64,000 nt of DNA from Gammaproteobacteria bacterium (GTDB taxonomy: Bacteria > Pseudomonadota > Gammaproteobacteria > UBA4575). Positions within the stretch are counted from its first letter, which is position 1. Each line of letters opens with the position of its first letter. The position numbers and the translations under genes were made by a program. A model generated the notes under the pieces. The model was not told the DNA's origin and searched no databases. It worked only from the letters and a program-made list of their open reading frames with translations. This document shows, piece by piece, positions 57,638 through 64,000 of this stretch. The stretch spans positions 322,790-386,789 of the forward strand of contig CBDHFH010000008.1 in assembly GCA_965262455.1 (NCBI GenBank). The letters run 5' to 3'.

Positions 57638-57680
57638 TTAATCTATACAACTTATTTTTTTATAAACCAGAGCTGATGTT

Positions 57681-58379
57681 ATGAGTACAGAAAAAGAACT
57701 AAATGAAACCGACTTGGGGCTAATCAGTGCCAGTTTGGATGAAGATCTCTCAGATTTTGAACGTCGTCGATTAAACACAAGTGTGCTAGCAAAAACTGAA
57801 GGTGAAAAAACCTGGGTGCGTTACAACGCTATTAGCGCAGTGATGAAAAAACAATTTCCTGCCCATATTAGTAAAGACTTCTCGGCGCAAGTTATGCAAA
57901 CTATCAGTGAGCAAGGTTACGAACAAGAACCAGAATCAGCCACGCAAGTTAAAATAAAACGCGTCAGTAGTCATTTAAAACAAGTCGCAGGCCTGGCAGT
58001 CGCCGCATCAGTTGCCGCTTTCTCAGTCGTTACTTACCAAAATTTTTATCCCACAAACTCACCTACAAATATAGAATCCCCTGAAGTTGCTATTAATCAA
58101 CAAGCCACAGCTGATGAAATGAAACCCGCTGAAGTGGTTGCTATACAAAGTTCACAACGTGTTGATTTTGCTCCTGCGACAGCTCAGCAACCTGTCAGTG
58201 CGCAAACTGTCGAACAAATTCAATCCAAATCTAATCAATCACAACAAGTGAATCCTCACATCGAAGAAAATCTTTACTATCAAGAATTAAATCCTTATAT
58301 CCATGGACATGCTGGCTATGGTAGCCAACGTGTAATTACTCCTTATGTAGAAATTATCGAGCTGAAGGATGTTAAATAA
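57681..58379 (+). CDS. rseA: Anti-sigma-E factor RseA/MucA
   Basis: The N-terminal LISASLDEDLSDFE...W.RYNAISAVMK is an RseA_N-like pattern. It has a central TM helix, and its position supports the call. Confidence 0.8.
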   Translation: MSTEKELNETDLGLISASLDEDLSDFERRRLNTSVLAKTEGEKTWVRYNAISAVMKKQFPAHISKDFSAQVMQTISEQGYEQEPESATQVKIKRVSSHLKQVAGLAVAASVAAFSVVTYQNFYPTNSPTNIESPEVAINQQATADEMKPAEVVAIQSSQRVDFAPATAQQPVSAQTVEQIQSKSNQSQQVNPHIEENLYYQELNPYIHGHAGYGSQRVITPYVEIIELKDVK

Positions 58380-59412
58380 AAGTTTGGCGAGTTCATTTGC
58401 CACAACTACTGTTGCCTCGCTGCTATTTGCAACTATTGCGCATGCGCAAGAATCTCTTGTGCTGCCAATAGAAGTTGAGCCGCTTGCTGCGGATGAGCGT
58501 ATTGAGTCAGAAGGTCATGCATTAATAAACAAAATGCTCAATAACGTTAATAAAATTAACTATCAGGGTACTTTTGTATTTATGCATAGTGGTCAATTGC
58601 ATTCGATGCGCATCGTGCATGGAATTGTCAATGGACAAATGAAAGAACGCTTGACTTCATTAAGCGGTGAACCACGAGAAATTGTTCGCGATGCAGAAAC
58701 CGTAACATGCGTTTGGCCGAAGCGTAGTTTGGTGACTGTCGACCCCTCTTCAGCGAATCATGGAATTCCAACCATTGTGCCTCGAGAGCTAGAGAGATTA
58801 ACGCAGAATTACAAAGTGATATCCGGCCCCAATAATCGTATCGCAGGCCATGGCTGCAAAGTGTTGGCAATTAAGCCGGTTGATCAGTTTAGATATGGAT
58901 ATGAGTTATGTATTGAACCTGAAACTGGCATGCTATTGCGTTCAAAAATGATTCACCCACGTGGACATTTGCTTGAGGAAGTCATGTTTACTCATGTGCA
59001 ATATCTTGATTCTGTTGACCATATAAATTTTGATTTGGAAAATGATATTGATAACTTCACTTGGCGGCGTTCACGTCAAGCAAGCGAGTATGCACAGCAA
59101 CAATTAGATATGCAAAAAGGCTGGCGTGTTTCTAAGCTGCCTCCAGGTTTTTCTGTCAGTAAAATAAGTGAGCGTATTATGACGACCAGTGATGAACCTG
59201 TTCATCATATGGTGGTGTCAGACGGTGTTGCATCTGTATCAGTCTTTATCATCAAGCCACGTCAACCGTCACACTTTTTTGAGGGTATCACTCGGCGCGG
59301 TTCAATCAATGCATTTTCCAAAGGGTTTGCTGACCATCAAATTACAGTGCTTGGAGAAGTGCCAAACGAAACAGTCAAAATGATTGGTTCGTCAATTGAA
59401 CACAGAGAATAA
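58369..59412 (+). CDS. rseB: Sigma-E regulatory protein RseB/MucB
   Basis: Signal peptide and MucB/RseB-like N-domain (NKINYQGTFVFMHSGQLHSMRIVH). It overlaps the rseA stop. Confidence 0.88.
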   Translation: MLNKSLASSFATTTVASLLFATIAHAQESLVLPIEVEPLAADERIESEGHALINKMLNNVNKINYQGTFVFMHSGQLHSMRIVHGIVNGQMKERLTSLSGEPREIVRDAETVTCVWPKRSLVTVDPSSANHGIPTIVPRELERLTQNYKVISGPNNRIAGHGCKVLAIKPVDQFRYGYELCIEPETGMLLRSKMIHPRGHLLEEVMFTHVQYLDSVDHINFDLENDIDNFTWRRSRQASEYAQQQLDMQKGWRVSKLPPGFSVSKISERIMTTSDEPVHHMVVSDGVASVSVFIIKPRQPSHFFEGITRRGSINAFSKGFADHQITVLGEVPNETVKMIGSSIEHRE

Positions 59413-59442
59413 CATCTTATTAATTAAGTGATTATCTAGTAA

Positions 59443-59470
59443 GAACTTTTCGCAATACAGCGCTGTCAAT
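59443..59470 (+). promoter_or_regulatory. Sigma-E-type promoter candidate for degP/mucD
   Basis: GAACTT-N17-TCAAT, about 105 nt upstream of the degP start. degP and mucD are classical sigma-E regulon members. Confidence 0.5.
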
Positions 59471-59573
59471 AGAGTGATTCGAATATGGACTGAATTACTG
59501 CATATAGGGAATAACAAAATGCATCATTTGAAATTACATGTTTGTATAAAGCTGATTTAGAAGGAGAAAAGCT

Positions 59574-61004
59574 TTGTTTCAAAAATATAAAATCCATTCG
59601 TTAGTATATTTATTCGTACTCATTTTTATAGGCATGTCAAACATTGCGTTTGCAGAGCAAGGCTTGCCAGATTTTACCAAGCTCGTAGAAGATAATTCCA
59701 ACGCGGTAGTTAACATAAGCACCACAAAGCAACAGACAGTGCGACGTGGAATGCCACCCAATGTAGAGATCCCTGATTTACCGCAAGATGGTCCTTTAGG
59801 TGATTTCTTGGAAAAGTTCTTTGGTGGCCAGGGGCCGCATGAAGACTATTTTAATTCGCGCTCACTCGGCTCGGGATTTATTGTCTCTGAGGATGGTTAC
59901 GTTGTAACAAATCATCATGTCGTAAAAGATGCAGATGAAATTATTGTTAAGCTAAGTGATCGTCGCCAGCTAGAAGCAAAAATCATAGGCAGTGACCCGC
60001 GCAGTGATATTGCCTTGCTTAAGATCGATGCCAATGAATTACCTGTTGTGTTATTAGGCTCAGCTAAAGAACTTAAAGTGGGTCAATGGGTATTGGCGAT
60101 AGGCTCACCTTTTGGTTTTGATCATTCGGTTACCTCAGGTATTGTCAGTGCAAAAGGACGCAGCCTACCAAATGAAAACTATGTGCCATTTATTCAGACG
60201 GATGTCGCTATTAATCCAGGTAACTCTGGTGGCCCATTATTTAATTTAGACGGCCAAGTGGTGGGAATCAACTCGCAAATATACAGTCGCACAGGTGGTT
60301 TCATGGGGTTATCGTTTGCCATTCCTGTTGAAGTGGCGATGGATGTGATCGATCAACTCAAAGAGCATGGATATGTTTCACGTGGCTGGTTAGGTGTTTA
60401 CATTCAAGAAGTCACGCGAGAACTAGCGGAATCATTTGGCATGGAAAAACCAATGGGTGCTCTAGTAGCGAAAATTATGGACGGCAGCCCTGTTGAAGAG
60501 GCAGATATAAAAGTTGGCGATGTGATACTTAACTTTAATGGGCAGGATGTAACGAGTTCAGCTTCATTACCACCCATGGTGGGTCGAGTGCGTGTTGGAG
60601 AAGAAGTAAAAATTAAACTTATGCGCGATAGTAAAATGAAGACCGTCAAAGTGAAAATTGGTCAACTCCCAGATACAGACAAAGCGATCGTTAGTGAAGC
60701 AACTGAAAAGGCTTCAGAGGGCATACTAGGTTTAGATGTCCGTGTGCTCACCAAAGACGAGCTCGAGGAAATGGAACTGTCGCATGGTGTACAAGTCGTG
60801 ACAGTGACTGATGGGGCAGCTAAGGATGCGGGAATTCGTAAAGGTGATGTATTGCAGCTGATTAACGGAGAGAAAATAGAAACCGTTAGCGAGCTTAAAG
60901 AGGTTGTTGAAAATCTTCCCAAAGGTAAATTTGCATCGATCCTTGTACAACGTCGCCAAGGTCCTCAGTTCTTAGCACTGAAAATGCCAGACGAAGAAAA
61001 CTAG
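59574..61004 (+). CDS. degP: Periplasmic serine endoprotease DegP/MucD (HtrA family)
   Basis: Signal peptide, catalytic His/Asp/Ser (TNHHV, DIALLK, GNSGGPL) and two PDZ domains. TTG start preceded by GAAGGAGAA. Confidence 0.93.
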   Translation: MFQKYKIHSLVYLFVLIFIGMSNIAFAEQGLPDFTKLVEDNSNAVVNISTTKQQTVRRGMPPNVEIPDLPQDGPLGDFLEKFFGGQGPHEDYFNSRSLGSGFIVSEDGYVVTNHHVVKDADEIIVKLSDRRQLEAKIIGSDPRSDIALLKIDANELPVVLLGSAKELKVGQWVLAIGSPFGFDHSVTSGIVSAKGRSLPNENYVPFIQTDVAINPGNSGGPLFNLDGQVVGINSQIYSRTGGFMGLSFAIPVEVAMDVIDQLKEHGYVSRGWLGVYIQEVTRELAESFGMEKPMGALVAKIMDGSPVEEADIKVGDVILNFNGQDVTSSASLPPMVGRVRVGEEVKIKLMRDSKMKTVKVKIGQLPDTDKAIVSEATEKASEGILGLDVRVLTKDELEEMELSHGVQVVTVTDGAAKDAGIRKGDVLQLINGEKIETVSELKEVVENLPKGKFASILVQRRQGPQFLALKMPDEEN

Positions 61005-61043
61005 CAGTTCCCTCACACTTACCTCATAATTGCGTAGTATGAT

Positions 61044-61070
61044 AAGCGGGCTTACTGAGCCCGCTTTTTT
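61044..61070 (+). terminator. Rho-independent terminator after degP
   Basis: AAGCGGGC-TTACTGA-GCCCGCTT followed by a T-run. Confidence 0.75.
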
Positions 61071-61103
61071 ATTGTTTTCCATGCAAATTTATTTCACCCT
61101 TGA

Positions 61104-62894
61104 ATGAAACATATACGTAACTTTTCCATTATTGCTCATATCGACCATGGGAAGTCGACGCTCGCTGATCGCTTTATTCAGATTTGTGGAGGATTGAGTG
61201 ATCGAGAAATGCATGCTCAGGTGCTGGACTCTATGGATCTTGAGCAAGAGCGCGGCATTACAATCAAAGCGCAGGCGGTGTCATTACCTTACAAAGCCAA
61301 AGACGGTAACACCTATCAACTGAATTTTATTGATACCCCTGGTCATGTCGATTTTTCTTATGAAGTGTCTCGTTCGCTGGCAGCATGTGAAGGCGCTTTA
61401 TTAATTGTTGATGCCTCACAAGGTGTCGAGGCTCAGAGTGTTGCGAATTGCTATACCGCTGTTGAATTAGGTTTAGAAGTGCTCCCTATTCTCAATAAAA
61501 TAGACTTACCGGCAGCAGACCCTGATCGTGTCTGTGAAGAAATTGAAGAAGTGATTGGGATTGATGCTACTGATCCGATACTTACAAGTGCTAAAACCGG
61601 GGAAGGTGTGGAGAATGTATTGGAAGCGCTCGTCACTAATATTCCTCCGCCACAGGGTGATCCAGAAAAACCACTAAAAGCCCTGATTATTGATTCATGG
61701 TTTGATAGTTATGTGGGTGTGATCACTTTAGTGCGCGTATTTGATGGTTGTCTGAAACCAAAGCAAAAAATTGTTTCTATGTCGACTGCGCGAACCTATC
61801 AAGTAGAAAAACTGGGCGTGTTTACGCCCAAGCGTGAAGATCGATTGGAATTATCTGCGGGGCAAGTCGGTTTCTTAATCTCTGGGATTAAAGATATTTC
61901 CAGTGCCAAAGTGGGTGATACATTAACGTCAGTTGATAACCAAGCAGACGAACCACTGGCAGGCTTTAAAGAAGTGAACCCGAATGTGTTCGCCGGTATC
62001 TTCCCGGTGAATTCTGATGATTATGAAAGCTTTAGGGATGCCTTAGATAAGCTGAAGTTAAATGATGCGTCGTTCTCATTTGAACCTGAAACATCATCTG
62101 CACTTGGTTTTGGTTTTCGATGTGGATTTTTAGGCATGTTGCATATGGAAATCATTCAAGAGCGCTTAGAGCGTGAATATGATTTGGATTTGATTACCAC
62201 AGCACCGACGGTGGTGTATCAAATTCATTTAACCAATGGTGAGATATTAAATATTCATAACCCCTCTGAGTTGCCACCTACCAATAAAGTGGCGTCGATA
62301 CATGAACCAATCATTACTGCCAATATTCTTGTGCCGCATGACTATGTGGGCAATGTTATTACCTTATGCATTGAAAAACGTGGCGTACAAAAAAATATGG
62401 TTTATCACGGTAGCCAGGTGGGACTAACCTTTGATATTCCTCTCAATGAAGTGGTATTGGATTTCTTTGATCGGTTGAAATCGGTGAGTCGTGGTTATGC
62501 ATCATTTGATTATCATCATTCGTATTTTGAAGCCGCACCCTTGGTCAAATTAGATATTTTAATTAATGGTGAGCGTGTTGATGCCCTGTCTGTGATTGTG
62601 CATTCTGATCACGCGCGCACTTATGGCAATGCACTCGCTGTGAAATTAAAAGATCTTATTCCAAGACAAATGTATGATGTTGCTGTGCAGGCCGCTATAG
62701 GCACACAAATCATTGCGCGTACCACCATTAAAGCCCTGAGAAAAAATGTCACGGCAAAATGTTATGGTGGTGATATCACGCGTAAGCGTAAATTACTTGA
62801 GAAGCAGAAAGAAGGTAAAAAGCGCATGAAGCAGATCGGTAGTGTGGAAGTTCCTCAGGCAGCATTCCTTGCAGTATTAAAAGTCGATAAGTAA
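61104..62894 (+). CDS. lepA: Translation elongation factor 4 (LepA)
   Basis: [18 protein letters not shown]1 motif, DTPGH motif and the LepA-specific C-terminal domain. Confidence 0.98.
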   Translation: MKHIRNFSIIAHIDHGKSTLADRFIQICGGLSDREMHAQVLDSMDLEQERGITIKAQAVSLPYKAKDGNTYQLNFIDTPGHVDFSYEVSRSLAACEGALLIVDASQGVEAQSVANCYTAVELGLEVLPILNKIDLPAADPDRVCEEIEEVIGIDATDPILTSAKTGEGVENVLEALVTNIPPPQGDPEKPLKALIIDSWFDSYVGVITLVRVFDGCLKPKQKIVSMSTARTYQVEKLGVFTPKREDRLELSAGQVGFLISGIKDISSAKVGDTLTSVDNQADEPLAGFKEVNPNVFAGIFPVNSDDYESFRDALDKLKLNDASFSFEPETSSALGFGFRCGFLGMLHMEIIQERLEREYDLDLITTAPTVVYQIHLTNGEILNIHNPSELPPTNKVASIHEPIITANILVPHDYVGNVITLCIEKRGVQKNMVYHGSQVGLTFDIPLNEVVLDFFDRLKSVSRGYASFDYHHSYFEAAPLVKLDILINGERVDALSVIVHSDHARTYGNALAVKLKDLIPRQMYDVAVQAAIGTQIIARTTIKALRKNVTAKCYGGDITRKRKLLEKQKEGKKRMKQIGSVEVPQAAFLAVLKVDK

Positions 62895-63019
62895 TGATGC
62901 ATGGGTTTTATATCTAGATAGCTTAGATGACACTGTACTTAAAATACCCGCCTATTGAATATAAACGCCATGTCTTTCGTCTGTGTGATGCTTTGTCTTT
63001 TATGTGTCGGCGATCATTG

Positions 63020-63952
63020 ATGAATAGACTTCATATGAAAGCGGCAGCGCTAATATGTTTATTGTTCTCTATTCAGACACATCTGTATGCAGATTATCTG
63101 GAAGTGACCTTGCTGGGCACAGGCACGCCGCGGCCCAATATTGAGCGATTTGGAGCAGCCACTCTGGTTCAAGCCGGCGGACATAATTTTTTATTTGATG
63201 CGGGTCGTGGTACGACTATTCGCCTTCAGCAAGCGGGATTAACGCCTAATATGATTGATAAGGTGTTTTTAACACATTTACATTCTGATCATATCTCTGG
63301 CTTGGATGATTTATGGATTACTGGATGGGTGTGGCAACGCAAGGGCATGTTAAACGTCGTCGGTCCTCGCGGTACGCATCAATTGATCGCTGGCCTCAGG
63401 GAGGCGTATGCATCAGATATTGCTTACCGTACTGAAAACGTTCAGTTGGATTCAGAGCTAGCAAACATTAATGGTCAAGAAGTTCTCGAGGATGTTGTAT
63501 TTCAGCAAGATAGTGTCACTATACGTTCGTTCCTGGTGGAGCATGCGCCAGTGAAACCTGCGTTAGGTTACCGCATCGAGTTTGGTGATCGGGTTGTCGT
63601 TATATCTGGTGACACTACGTATTCAGAGAATCTGATTAAACATGCACAAGATGCAGATGTTTTAATTCATGAGATTACGGCAGCGTTACCATCAATGCTA
63701 GAGAGAAATCAACGACTTGAAAAAATTGTCGCCTACCATACCACTCCGCAACAAATGGTGCAGGTGCTAAATAAAACGAAGCCGCGTTTAGCAATTCTCT
63801 ATCATGTTTTGTTGTTTGGTGTGCCTGAGCAAAAAGTATTAGATACGATAAATACTAACTACTCAGGTGATGTCATTATGGGCTATGACTTGATGCAGTT
63901 AGGCGTGGGTGATTCAATACGTATCAAGCGGCTTAATCAAATAAATAAGTAG
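63020..63952 (+). CDS. Secreted MBL-fold metallo-hydrolase (RNase Z/ElaC-like subgroup)
   Basis: Signal peptide MNRLHMKAAALICLLFSIQTHLYA, then LGTGTPRP and HLHSDH motifs. The start is uncertain: 62927, 63002, 63020 and 63035 are all in frame. Confidence 0.75.
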   Translation: MNRLHMKAAALICLLFSIQTHLYADYLEVTLLGTGTPRPNIERFGAATLVQAGGHNFLFDAGRGTTIRLQQAGLTPNMIDKVFLTHLHSDHISGLDDLWITGWVWQRKGMLNVVGPRGTHQLIAGLREAYASDIAYRTENVQLDSELANINGQEVLEDVVFQQDSVTIRSFLVEHAPVKPALGYRIEFGDRVVVISGDTTYSENLIKHAQDADVLIHEITAALPSMLERNQRLEKIVAYHTTPQQMVQVLNKTKPRLAILYHVLLFGVPEQKVLDTINTNYSGDVIMGYDLMQLGVGDSIRIKRLNQINK

Positions 63953-63959
63953 TGACTTT

Positions 63960-64000
63960 ATGAGCAATATTCTCAATAAACCAGGCCCATTAATCATGGG
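63960..64000 (+). CDS. 5' end of an unidentified ORF truncated by the window edge
   Basis: The ATG at 63960 opens MSNILNKPGPLIM... Too short to assign. Confidence 0.2.
   Translation, partial: MSNILNKPGPLIM

Noticed and set aside
1-64000. CRISPR arrays, tRNA/rRNA genes, IS elements, integrases and prophage genes
   Set aside because: None was seen. There are no regularly spaced repeats, no tRNA-like T-arm or acceptor signatures in the intergenic regions, and no transposase- or integrase-like ORF in any frame of the track.

Overview
AT-rich chromosomal segment of a Gammaproteobacterium, with Pseudomonas/Oceanospirillales/Thiotrichales-like gene order. No rRNA, tRNA, CRISPR array, transposase or integrase was seen. 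Layout: (1) 1-15.1 kb, + strand: a contiguous polar-type flagellar export and switch cluster, fliG(end)-fliHIJ-fliK-fliLMNOPQR-flhBA-flhF-flhG-fliA. It has two sigma-54-type promoters, upstream of fliK and fliL. No che or mot genes follow fliA; instead there are three small ORFs, one of them DUF2802-like. (2) 16.1-26.9 kb, - strand: a complete urea module, urtABCDE followed by ureDABCEFG. An unannotated 54-aa His-rich signal-peptide/TM ORF sits 6 nt upstream of ureD. (3) 27.4-33.3 kb: the most accessory-looking part. It holds a three-domain MerR-type regulator divergent from urtA and a visibly more AT-rich divergent gene pair: an AlkP-fold protein with substituted catalytic residues and a membrane-anchored NERD protein. 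It also holds a 2Fe-2S ferredoxin, an unannotated DUF2892 mini-protein and an ECF sigma/ZAS anti-sigma pair. (4) 33.3-64 kb: housekeeping genes. These are sat, a Tat-signal msrB, PilZ, cbiX, a GloB-like MBL, mug, vanZ-like, dsbB, metX, gltA, mobBA, DUF1244, moeB, yihY, mazG-like, traB, TSUP, prc, a thioesterase, an acyltransferase, cspA, rsgA, a small cytochrome c, orn, nadB, rpoE-rseA-rseB-degP(mucD), lepA and a secreted MBL hydrolase. I found no clear-cut novel multi-gene system. The best candidates for follow-up are the His-rich mini-ORF at the head of the urease operon, the MerR-like regulator with a CxC C-terminal domain, and the AlkP-like/NERD islet. All functional calls come from motif recognition by eye; no database search was run.
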